Origin: an uncultured Gemmatimonadales bacterium
GTDB taxonomy: Bacteria; Gemmatimonadota; Gemmatimonadetes; Gemmatimonadales; GWC2-71-9
Length of the DNA: 64,000 nt
Assembly: GCA_963798915.1 (NCBI GenBank)
Contig: CAWCVB010000006.1
Location: 128,001-192,000, forward strand
Reading direction: 5' to 3'
The notes beneath the pieces were generated by a model, which did not search any database, was not told where the DNA came from, and saw only the letters and a program-made list of their open reading frames with translations. How positions within the stretch are numbered: the stretch's first letter is position 1; every line of letters begins with the position of its first letter. The position numbers and the translations under genes were made by a program. This document shows positions 15,529 to 23,809 of the stretch, in pieces.

Positions 15529-15595
15529 GGCCATGCAGCTTCCCAACTTCCCGCCCATCCAGCCCCGCCGGCGCCCCGCTCAGGGGTAGCCGAGC

Positions 15596-15624
15596 ATTAT
15601 AGCCAGGTGGAGTCGGTGAGTCAA
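15596..15624 (-). promoter_or_regulatory. rrn P1 sigma70-type promoter
   Basis: TTGACT-17 bp-TATAAT. Confidence 0.85.
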
Positions 15625-15859
15625 GCGAACCCGCAACGCTGGCCCAGCGGACACCGCCGCCGCGCATGCCCCGATGGAAAACTCCTCCCCACCCTGCGCA
15701 ACTCCGCCCCCGCCAGTGACCTACCCCACAGGCCACCACCCGCCGGCCCCCTATCTTGGAAGAGGTCGGCCGACCCGAACAAGGGCCCTTGCCGGCCCAG
15801 CTTCGCCTGTCGCTCCTTCACTGGCAGGCCCCAACCAGTCCCCTACCCGGAGGCCACCG

Positions 15860-16336
15860 ATGAAAACCGGCACCACCAGCGAGACCGAACACTCGGTCGA
15901 CGTCCTGAACCAGCTCCTCGAGACGGCACGCGACGGGGAAAAAGGATTCAACGAGGCCGCCGAGGGTACCAACGATCCGGACCTTCGTGCCACCCTCCAG
16001 GGCTTCGCCGCTCAGCGCGCCGCGTTTGTCACTGAACTGACCCAGCTGATTCAGTCCCTCGGCGGCGACCCGAACGACTCGGGCCATGTGGCGGGCGCCA
16101 TCCACCGCGGCTGGATGAACCTCAAGGAGGCCCTGTCGGCCCATGACGACAAGGCCATCCTGGAAGAGTGCGAGCGCGGCGAAGACCATGCGAAAAAGGC
16201 TTTTACCGAAGCCTTGAATGAACCGTTGCCCGAGCAGGTCCGCACGGTCGTCCAGCGCATGAGTTCGGAAGTGAAGATGGCGCATGATCGCGTGCGCGGT
16301 CTCAGGGACCGGGCCCGCACCGCCAGCAAGAACTGA
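15860..16336 (+). CDS. PA2169/DUF2383 family ferritin-like four-helix-bundle protein
   Basis: DGEKGF, HRGW and ECERGED motifs; GGAGG SD before the ATG at 15860. Confidence 0.85.
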   Translation: MKTGTTSETEHSVDVLNQLLETARDGEKGFNEAAEGTNDPDLRATLQGFAAQRAAFVTELTQLIQSLGGDPNDSGHVAGAIHRGWMNLKEALSAHDDKAILEECERGEDHAKKAFTEALNEPLPEQVRTVVQRMSSEVKMAHDRVRGLRDRARTASKN

Positions 16337-16380
16337 CGGTCGTCAAGCTCTCCCGGCGAGGCTGTCCATCCGCCGACCCC

Positions 16381-16767
16381 TCAGTCGTCCGGCGGCGGGA
16401 CTGGCCGCGCCAGGAGCCGCTCGGCAAAGTCCAGCCGCTCGCTCAGGTCACCGACTTCGAGCCGCAGCGTCTCCAGCTCGTCCAGGACGGCATCGAAGTC
16501 CCGGCGATCCCCCAGATCGGCTGACGCGGGGTCCCAGTCGGTGATGAAGCGGCCATTGCCGTCCCGGAAACCACCGGCCGCCAGAATGATGAGGTCAAAC
16601 AGCCACCAGATGCCCAGGCCACCCAGCGTCACCAGCATGAGAATCCCGCTGGCGGTGCGACCGGCGTAGAATCGGTGCGCCCCGAACGGCCCGAGAAGGA
16701 CGGCCAGTGCCAGGGCAACGGTGCGGGACTTCTCGGAAGGGCCGCGAGGACGGTCTGGCAGTGTCAC
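16381..16767 (-). CDS. TM2 domain protein
   Basis: LGPFGAHRFY...TLGGLGIWWLFD; C-terminal ERLDFAERLL coil. Confidence 0.85.
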   Translation of the reverse strand: MTLPDRPRGPSEKSRTVALALAVLLGPFGAHRFYAGRTASGILMLVTLGGLGIWWLFDLIILAAGGFRDGNGRFITDWDPASADLGDRRDFDAVLDELETLRLEVGDLSERLDFAERLLARPVPPPDD

Positions 16768-16786
16768 GTTTTCCTCCGCTGCTGGA

Positions 16787-16860
16787 TGCGCCCGGGTGGA
16801 TTCGAACCACCGGCCAACAGCTTAGAAGGCTGCTGCTCTATCCAGCTGAGCTACGGGCGC
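16787..16860 (-). tRNA. tRNA-Arg(UCU)
   Basis: Cloverleaf GCGCCCG..., anticodon loop CTTCTAA, GGTTCGAATCC; CCA not encoded. Confidence 0.95.
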
Positions 16861-17005
16861 AAGGTCAGATTTTCGACGGTGGCACACGGGTCCGGCGTAT
16901 CGTGTCCCACAAGATACGACTCGCTGCCGGCCTGTGGCAGGGCGCCGATGGCGGTATCCCTGGTTCGGCCGGAGCATTTCCCGCATTCCGCGAGGCATCG
17001 TCCAG

Positions 17006-17803
17006 ATGAAAACAGCCGCCGTCCTGAGCATCGCCATGCTCGCCGCAGCCTGCGGTGGAAATCCGCCGGTCTCCGAAGGCCTGCCAGGCGGGCGCATGAT
17101 GCCCGCGCCTGCGGATGGGAGAGCGCTGCTGCAGCGCATGCATGATGCCTATCAGGGCCGCTGGTACCATTCCCTGACATTCACCCAGACAACGTCATTT
17201 GCCGACGGCCGCAAGGAGACCTGGTACGAGGCCCTGGAGCTGCCTGGCAAGTTGCGGATCGACGTGGCGCCGCTCGACAGCGCGCAGATGAGCCTGTTCC
17301 GCAACGACAGCATCTACGTCTTCGCCCACGATTCCCTGGTCCGCTCCGGCCCCTTTGTGCACCCGCTCATGGTGCTCGGCTTCGATGTGTATGCCACTGA
17401 TCCGGGGGAAACCGCTGCCAGGCTCGAGGCGTTGGGTCTCGACCTGTCCAGTCTCCATGGCGAGACCTGGCAGGGACGGCCCACCTGGGTCGTCGGCGCC
17501 GCCGCCGGCGATACGACCGCATCGCAGTTCTGGGTTGACGCCGAGCGACTGGTCTTCGTACGGCTGCTGGAGCGGCGGCCGCCGCCGCCCAATGCCCCAA
17601 AGGCCCCGGCCCGACGCGTCGAGACGCAGTTCAACGACTATCAACGGCTGGGTGGCGGTTGGGTTTCACCGCAGGTGGTGTTCCTGGTCGATGGGCAGGA
17701 ACGCCTGCGCGAGGAATATCACGACATGAAGGCGGATGTACCGTTACCGGCACAGCTCTTTGCACCGGACCAATACCGGAAACCGGCGTGGGTAGAGCAA
17801 TAG
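17006..17803 (+). CDS. Lipoprotein, possibly LolA/lipoprotein-sorting-like fold
   Basis: MKTAAVLSIAMLAAAC lipobox; PGKLRID and FWVDAERLVFVR beta-rich pattern. Confidence 0.6.
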   Translation: MKTAAVLSIAMLAAACGGNPPVSEGLPGGRMMPAPADGRALLQRMHDAYQGRWYHSLTFTQTTSFADGRKETWYEALELPGKLRIDVAPLDSAQMSLFRNDSIYVFAHDSLVRSGPFVHPLMVLGFDVYATDPGETAARLEALGLDLSSLHGETWQGRPTWVVGAAAGDTTASQFWVDAERLVFVRLLERRPPPPNAPKAPARRVETQFNDYQRLGGGWVSPQVVFLVDGQERLREEYHDMKADVPLPAQLFAPDQYRKPAWVEQ

Positions 17804-17805
17804 AG

Positions 17806-17877
17806 GGGAAGACGGGAAGGCGGGAAGACGGGAAGGCGGGAAGATGGGAAGGCGGGAAGACGGGAAGACGGGAAGAG
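17806..17877 (+). repeat. Tandem octamer repeat, 9 x GGGAAG(A/G)N
   Basis: Units GGGAAGAC/GGGAAGGC read directly between the lipoprotein stop and tRNA-Pro. Confidence 0.95.
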
Positions 17878-17916
17878 CTGGAGGATGAGCACTCCGCCCT
17901 CCCGACTTCCCGCCCA

Positions 17917-17990
17917 TCGGGGCGCCGGGATTCGAACCCGGGACCTCCTGCTCCCAAAGCAGGCGCGCTACCGGACTGCGCCACACCCCG
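17917..17990 (-). tRNA. tRNA-Pro(UGG)
   Basis: CGGGGTG...CCTGC-TTTGGGA-GCAGG...GGTTCGAATCC...CGCCCCGA. Confidence 0.95.
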
Positions 17991-18079
17991 TACTGGCAAA
18001 GCCGCCCCACAATAATCGGCTGACCCGTCAGGCCGCCAGTTGCGGCTGCCGTGCTGTCTGGCAGGGAGGCCGTCGGGCC

Positions 18080-18697
18080 TCATGGTCGTTGCGCGAGCTC
18101 GGCCGCCAGCAGACGGAAGGCCCGGCCGCGATGACTTACCCGGTTCTTGGCATCTGGCTCCGCCTCACCGAAGGTGATGCCAAGGTCATCACTCAGGAAA
18201 AGTGGGTCATAGCCGAATCCCCCCTCGCCACGCGGCGCGGCAAGGATGGTACCATCGCACGTCCCCTCGAAGACGTGGGGTGTCTGGTCGGTCGGCAGAA
18301 TCAGGGCGAGTACGCAGCGGTACCGGGCTCGGCGACGACGTTCCGGCGCTCCGGCCAACCGGCGCAGGAGCTCCGTGTTGTTGGCGGCATCAATCTGGCG
18401 GGCGGTACCGGTGGCGCCTGCCCATCGACGGGACCGCACGCCCGGCGCACCGCCAAGAGAGATCACCTCCAAACCTGAATCGTCGGCGACGGCCGGCAAG
18501 CCCGTGCGGCGGGCAAAGTATTCGGCCTTGAGCCGAGCATTGCCCTCGAAAGTGTCGGCACGCTCCACGACGGCTTCGGCGGCCGACCACGGCACCCCGG
18601 CCTGGTCGGGAGAAACGACCTCGATCCCGAAAGGGGCGAGGATCGTCCGGGCTTCGGCGAGCTTGCCAGCGTTTCGGGTGCCGACCAGCAGCCTCAC
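18080..18697 (-). CDS. rdgB: Non-canonical purine NTP pyrophosphatase
   Basis: TRNAGK, ADDSGL, GFGYDPLF and SHRGRA motifs. Confidence 0.95.
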   Translation of the reverse strand: MRLLVGTRNAGKLAEARTILAPFGIEVVSPDQAGVPWSAAEAVVERADTFEGNARLKAEYFARRTGLPAVADDSGLEVISLGGAPGVRSRRWAGATGTARQIDAANNTELLRRLAGAPERRRRARYRCVLALILPTDQTPHVFEGTCDGTILAAPRGEGGFGYDPLFLSDDLGITFGEAEPDAKNRVSHRGRAFRLLAAELAQRP

Positions 18698-19404
18698 GAG
18701 CCCAGCGCCGAGCGCTGGGCCTCGAATAGCTGGCGGATGCCGGCCCCGCCCATTTCCAGAAGGGTGTCGAGTTCGCTTCGGGAGAAGGTGGCGTTTTCTC
18801 CGGTTCCCTGCACTTCCACAAACTGATCCGGCTCGAGCATGACAATGTTGGCGTCAACGTCAGCGTCCTTGTCCTCGAGGTACATGAGATCCAGCCGGGC
18901 TTCTCCTTCGACAACGCCAACGCTGACGGCGGCCACAAGCTGCCCAAAGGGCGTCGGGCGCTCAGTGTGCTCTGCCAGCCAACGACAGGCGTCGGCCAGC
19001 GCCACGCAGCCCCCCGTGATCGACGCTGTGCGGGTCCCGCCGTCGGCCTGAAGCACGTCACAGTCGATGCGAATGGTGTATTCGCCAAACTCCATGGTGG
19101 CCATGGCCGCACGCAGGGAGCGTCCGATGAGGCGCTGAATTTCCTGGGTGCGACCACCGGGCCCGTGCCGCTCGCGCGACGTGCGTTCCGACGTTGCGCG
19201 CGGCAGCATCGCATACTCCGCTGTCACCCATCCCAGGCCGCTGCCCTTGCGGAACGGTGGCACGCCCGGCTCGACGCTCGCGGTGCAGTGCACCAGCGTC
19301 CCACCCATCCGGATCAGGCAGCTGCCCTCGGCATACGGGTTGGCGGCGCGCTCGAGGACGAGCGGGCGCAGCTGGTTGGCGGCGCGCTGGTCTGGTCGTG
19401 TCAT
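18694..19404 (-). CDS. rph: Ribonuclease PH
   Basis: EYAMLPRAT, RTQEIQRLIGRSLR and DCDVLQADGGTRTASITG motifs. Confidence 0.97.
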   Translation of the reverse strand: MTRPDQRAANQLRPLVLERAANPYAEGSCLIRMGGTLVHCTASVEPGVPPFRKGSGLGWVTAEYAMLPRATSERTSRERHGPGGRTQEIQRLIGRSLRAAMATMEFGEYTIRIDCDVLQADGGTRTASITGGCVALADACRWLAEHTERPTPFGQLVAAVSVGVVEGEARLDLMYLEDKDADVDANIVMLEPDQFVEVQGTGENATFSRSELDTLLEMGGAGIRQLFEAQRSALGS

Positions 19405-19433
19405 GGCATCAGCCTGCCGAAATTCTCCGCCGG

Positions 19434-19796
19434 TCAGAGTCCTGCTTCAGCCCGGGGATGAAGGTGAAAGGTGGGCGTAATGAGGGGAAGGTGCAGCGTT
19501 TCCGAGTAGGAAGTCTCGATGACGATGCGGGCCGGACGTCCGCTCCGGGTCACATGAACGTTTTCTGCCTCTTCTGGCAGCCCGAGTTCGTCGACTCGTT
19601 CGACGATCCGGCGCAGGATGACGGCGTCCGACAGGCTGGGCGCTAGGCGCGCCTGGGAATGCATCTCGTCCAGCAGCTGATAGTAGCGAATATAGACTTC
19701 GCCGACATTCACCCCATAGTAGAGTGCCGCCACGAACAGGGCCAGCGAAAGCAGGCAGCCGAGATTGCTTGCACCCCGGCGCGATCGGGTCACCAC
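19434..19796 (-). CDS. Hypothetical membrane-anchored protein (pilin-like N-terminus, DUF4845-like)
   Basis: RRGASNLGCLL followed by a hydrophobic helix; operonic position. Confidence 0.55.
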   Translation of the reverse strand: MVTRSRRGASNLGCLLSLALFVAALYYGVNVGEVYIRYYQLLDEMHSQARLAPSLSDAVILRRIVERVDELGLPEEAENVHVTRSGRPARIVIETSYSETLHLPLITPTFHLHPRAEAGL

Positions 19797-20305
19797 TGCG
19801 ACTGGGCTCCCTCAACGATATTGACCTTGAGCTTTTCCAGCGCTTCGTCTCGCGCCGACTGCTCCGTTTCCCGCCCCGGCTCGTAATCGCCTTCCACCAG
19901 CAGGCCGGACCGCTGCCAGAGCGTCCGATTCCGCTTCTGGTCCACGATCTCCACGCTGACCGTGAGCTGCACCAGCCGGCGCGTCACGTTGACCGAGTTC
20001 CCAGCGTCGTTCCCGGTATAGGCAACCGGCACGTCGGGCTCGTAGCGCTGAATTGAGCCTCGCACCACGGCATCAGCCTGATCCTCGCCGGCAGCCCGCA
20101 AACCAAGCCGGCCCTCGACGGCATCACGCACCGCCGCATTGACCTCCTGCGTCAGCGTGGGCTCCGGGGTGCGGTTATCGAACGGCAGCACAGCCACGGT
20201 ATGAATCTCCGGTGGAAATCCACCGCCCGCGAAGCCATAGCAGCCCGCGATCAGCGGGGCGCTAAGGCTCAGGAGCAGACCAGAGATCAGTCGGAAACGA
20301 GTCAG
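19790..20305 (-). CDS. lptE: LptE-family LPS assembly lipoprotein (probable CTG start at 20305)
   Basis: IAGC lipobox then YGFAGGG-PPEIHTVAVLPFDN; ADAVVRGSI; ends ...QW. The signal peptide lies upstream of the first ATG/GTG/TTG. Confidence 0.7.
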   Translation of the reverse strand: MTRFRLISGLLLSLSAPLIAGCYGFAGGGFPPEIHTVAVLPFDNRTPEPTLTQEVNAAVRDAVEGRLGLRAAGEDQADAVVRGSIQRYEPDVPVAYTGNDAGNSVNVTRRLVQLTVSVEIVDQKRNRTLWQRSGLLVEGDYEPGRETEQSARDEALEKLKVNIVEGAQSQW

Positions 20306-20969
20306 ATGCCTGGCTCTCGCTGAAGGTGAGGGTAAGCTTGGTCGGGACCGACGGCGCGACCAGCTGGCTACGGGCCGGCTGGTGCGCCTCCGTGAGCACA
20401 GTCTCCACCCGGCCGATCAGTTCTCCAGCCCGGCGTGCCTCCGCCCAGAGATGTGACCCGTCGCCTCGCCAGGCGTACCGGACCGTGTCAGGTCCTTGCG
20501 TCCACTGCCACTGGATGCGCACCGAGTCCATGAGGCCGCGCGCCGTGGCGCCGGCCGGCGGGTCCCGCATCATGCCGAGCATGGCCCACATCAACGGGTA
20601 GCTCGGCACCAGGCGTCGAATGACGTCTGGCGGGTCGGTCCACCGGGCGGAGTCACCGACCACGACAGCAGCCCCCCTGCCGCTTCCCAGCGGCCCAACG
20701 ACATCAAGCCGCACCGAATCCGGCGATGCGATCCGGGCTGATCCCCGACCGCCAGCCGCGCCGCGATCATCCTGAACCTGCCACCGAAACTTGAGAAGCT
20801 GGTGCCCGGGAGGGGCGGTCCGCGCCACCCAGTCTCCAACTTCCGCCGGCGTCGCCACTGGCGCGTCGGCCGGCAGGACCGGCAGCGGGGAGCCCGGGAC
20901 ACACCCCAGGAGCACGATGGCAAGATAGGAAACCGCCCACTGGCGGTCAATAAAAAAGCGTTGCGCCAT
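20262..20969 (-). CDS. Hypothetical lipoprotein (possibly LolB-like)
   Basis: LLGC lipobox; GRGSARIASPDSVRLDVVGPLG. Confidence 0.55.
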   Translation of the reverse strand: MAQRFFIDRQWAVSYLAIVLLGCVPGSPLPVLPADAPVATPAEVGDWVARTAPPGHQLLKFRWQVQDDRGAAGGRGSARIASPDSVRLDVVGPLGSGRGAAVVVGDSARWTDPPDVIRRLVPSYPLMWAMLGMMRDPPAGATARGLMDSVRIQWQWTQGPDTVRYAWRGDGSHLWAEARRAGELIGRVETVLTEAHQPARSQLVAPSVPTKLTLTFSESQASDSFPTDLWSAPEP

Positions 20970-23809
20970 CAGTAGTTATAGCCAAAGAAGACCTGGAAAA
21001 AGCCGCGGTCGCGTTGCTTCTCGCTCAGGCCATAACCTAACCTGTCGTTGGCCCCGAAGCGGATGCCGGCATCCATCCGGACCACCACCAGCGGAGCCAG
21101 GGCCAGGCGTACGCCACCCCCCAGACTGCCGAGCATGGGGCGCTCGCTGCGATGCACCAGCCATGCCTGCCCCATGTCGACGAAGAGCGCGCCCTGGAAT
21201 TCGGGGAAGACAATGTCACCGACCGGGGTGCCAAGGACGAGCCGGTTCAGGAGCGGGAAACGAAGTTCCTGGTTCACCATCCAGTTCTTGGCACCGATGA
21301 CGTGACCAAAATTGGGATATCCCCGCAGCCCCGTCGTGCCGCCGATATTGATGCGACGGGGCCGGTCGCCGCCGCTGTAGAAGCCGAACAGCCGCGTGGC
21401 ATAAGACACCCGTGGCCCGATCCGAAAGTAGCGCCGGACATCGGCACTGAAGAGGTAGTTATCGAAGCGCGCATTCGAGAAGTCGCTGGCAACGCCCGCG
21501 GTCAGGGCGAGGCGGAATCCGTCGATCGGGCCCGAGGGAATCCACAACGAGTTGTCGTGGACATAGCTGATGTAGTTGGAGCCAATCAGGCCTTTGCGTC
21601 GGGGATCATCCACCGTCGGAAGATCGAAGTCTACGCGATCGGAATGCTCCATCGTCACCGTACCCTCGACGCGCGAGTGACGGGACAGCGGGTACCGCAG
21701 CATCCCGAGGACCCCTTCAGCGCGCTCCTCGTAGGATGCAAAGAGATCGCCTTCGAATATCCGGCCCGCAAACCGGTAGGCCCCGACGCCCCAGTTGATG
21801 CGGTGCCGCTGATTCAGGTAGACCAGGCTGCCGTTCAGGTTCTTGAAGAAGGACCCGAGCTCCCGGCTCTGGAATGATCCCACGCTCCCGTAGACGAGAT
21901 GATCATTCAGCAGGTCGGACAGGAGGAAGGCGGCACCTTGCACGCCGCCATAGCCCGGCGTGACCGAGACGCCACCGGTCGCGAAGTCGAGGGTCATCTT
22001 GCGATGGTACGGTTCGGTAGCCGTGTCCTGCACCGCCACCGCGGCCGGCGGTTCCCACACCCAGCGGGACGGCGTATCGTGGGACGCCAACGCGAACGTG
22101 TCCGTCTGGGCCGCGCTGTCGCGTGCCAGCCGGTAGATATTGAAGCTGCCATTCTGGAAGGATCCAGCCACCAGGCCGCCGCCAGGCACCGGCACGGCAT
22201 CGAAGGCGCCGCTCCAGGCTGACGACTCCCGTCGGCCACGACCGAGCGTATCCATGGACCAGACGTTGAGCACCTCGCCCCGGCTGGAGGTGAAGTAGAT
22301 CCGGTCGTCCCGCGTCCACACCGGCGTTTCGTCCACCCATGGCCCGGCGGTCACCTGACGCATCGCACCCGAATCCCGATCCAGGATGAAGAGGTTGATT
22401 GCGCCCGCCTCTCCTCCCGCGGTGCGATCGGAAGCAAAGACGAGGCGGTCACCGTCCGGCGAGGGACTGGGATCCAGATCCTGGTAGGTATCCGCAGTCA
22501 GCCGGGTGAGCTCGCCGCCAGGAACGGTGACTTGATAGAGGTCCGACATCCCGTTATCCGCGAGGCCACTGAACACGACGCTGCGGCCGTCGGGCATCCA
22601 GACCGGCGAAAGCACGGAAACGATTTCGGGAAACTGATAGCGGCCGGCAAGCCGCCGGTGCACGACATCCCAGATGACGAGCGCGTCCCGATCGTGGTAG
22701 CGCGCACTGAACAGGAGATAATCCGGCCGGCTGGCATCCACCCGGCTCTCGAACGGATGCATCGACTCCAGTCCGTCCGCCTTGCCCGCCGCAACGACCT
22801 CTCGCTGGGGGCCGAGGGTGTCCAGGCGACGCCGGTAGACCGTCATGTAGCCGGTGGCGGGCGAGGTGTAGTACGCCTCCGGTGCACTGTCACCGGTGGC
22901 CGCCAACGGCCGAAGCGCAGGCTTGATCGCGAGCCGTGCGAGTTGCACCCCCAGCAACGCCGGTGGCGCGCGCGATGCCGCAGCCGGGTAGAACTGCTGG
23001 CGCATGTAGTACTGGAACTCCTGGCTGAGCTGTTCCAGTGACCGGCCGTAGATCGCAGCGATGGCAGCTTCGAACGAGGGGTAGTGATTGAGCTCGCGAT
23101 AGAGCAGCGAGACCCGCCACTCGCCATAAGTGTCCGCCAGCCACTGGTGCAGCCGGCCACCCAGCGGATAGACCAGGAAGCCGGTGTAATACTTGAGCTG
23201 CTGCATGGTCGGCAGGCGGCCGGAGTAGGTCAGGTCTCGCAGCATCATTTCATCGCGCGCATCCTGTCCTCCCGACCAGAATTCGGCCAGGCCTTCGGTC
23301 CACCAGAGTGGAACACTGAATTGCGGTGCCCGCGGCGCCTGATGGAACGCGTCGCTCATCATGCTGAACTGGAACACATGCACCATTTCGTGCCGAAGTG
23401 TGTTGCGGAATTCCGCCAGATTGCCACGAAAGGGCATCGTCACCCTTCGCTTCATGAAATCGGTGGCGCCCAGCAGGCCCTCAGGAGGGACGAATGGCAG
23501 GATGTTGGTCTGTTCAAAGTCCACATGGGACGCATAGATGATCAGCGGTATCCTGGTCGACACCTCGTGTCCGAACCGGAGCGCAAGGGTATCGTAGCTG
23601 GCCTCGGCCCATTGGAGCGCGCTCGCCGCCAACCGGGCCTCCTGCGGATAGTAGTAGAGATCCACATGGGGTCCGCGCAGCGTGCGCCAATCGAACTTTC
23701 GATACTGAATCTTGTTCTGGCCGAATTCGAAGAACTGAGCCCGGGCCGGTGTAGCCGCGCCGGTGAGCACCAGCGCGACCAGAGCAAGCCTGCCGCAGGC
23801 GCGCGTCAG
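20969..23809 (-). CDS. Omp85/BamA-family outer membrane protein with HEXXH peptidase-like and PD40 propeller domains (probable CTG start)
   Basis: FGQNKIQY, HEMVH, WWTEGLAE, SPDG repeats, LRGY motif, C-terminal FFGYNY beta-signal. Confidence 0.85.
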   Translation of the reverse strand: MTRACGRLALVALVLTGAATPARAQFFEFGQNKIQYRKFDWRTLRGPHVDLYYYPQEARLAASALQWAEASYDTLALRFGHEVSTRIPLIIYASHVDFEQTNILPFVPPEGLLGATDFMKRRVTMPFRGNLAEFRNTLRHEMVHVFQFSMMSDAFHQAPRAPQFSVPLWWTEGLAEFWSGGQDARDEMMLRDLTYSGRLPTMQQLKYYTGFLVYPLGGRLHQWLADTYGEWRVSLLYRELNHYPSFEAAIAAIYGRSLEQLSQEFQYYMRQQFYPAAASRAPPALLGVQLARLAIKPALRPLAATGDSAPEAYYTSPATGYMTVYRRRLDTLGPQREVVAAGKADGLESMHPFESRVDASRPDYLLFSARYHDRDALVIWDVVHRRLAGRYQFPEIVSVLSPVWMPDGRSVVFSGLADNGMSDLYQVTVPGGELTRLTADTYQDLDPSPSPDGDRLVFASDRTAGGEAGAINLFILDRDSGAMRQVTAGPWVDETPVWTRDDRIYFTSSRGEVLNVWSMDTLGRGRRESSAWSGAFDAVPVPGGGLVAGSFQNGSFNIYRLARDSAAQTDTFALASHDTPSRWVWEPPAAVAVQDTATEPYHRKMTLDFATGGVSVTPGYGGVQGAAFLLSDLLNDHLVYGSVGSFQSRELGSFFKNLNGSLVYLNQRHRINWGVGAYRFAGRIFEGDLFASYEERAEGVLGMLRYPLSRHSRVEGTVTMEHSDRVDFDLPTVDDPRRKGLIGSNYISYVHDNSLWIPSGPIDGFRLALTAGVASDFSNARFDNYLFSADVRRYFRIGPRVSYATRLFGFYSGGDRPRRINIGGTTGLRGYPNFGHVIGAKNWMVNQELRFPLLNRLVLGTPVGDIVFPEFQGALFVDMGQAWLVHRSERPMLGSLGGGVRLALAPLVVVRMDAGIRFGANDRLGYGLSEKQRDRGFFQVFFGYNY

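Noticed and set aside
17806..17877. Repeat array as a CRISPR
   Set aside because: 8-bp contiguous units, no spacers, no cas genes
16381..17990. Genomic island at tRNA-Arg or tRNA-Pro
   Set aside because: No integrase, no duplicated tRNA 3' end and no obvious compositional shift
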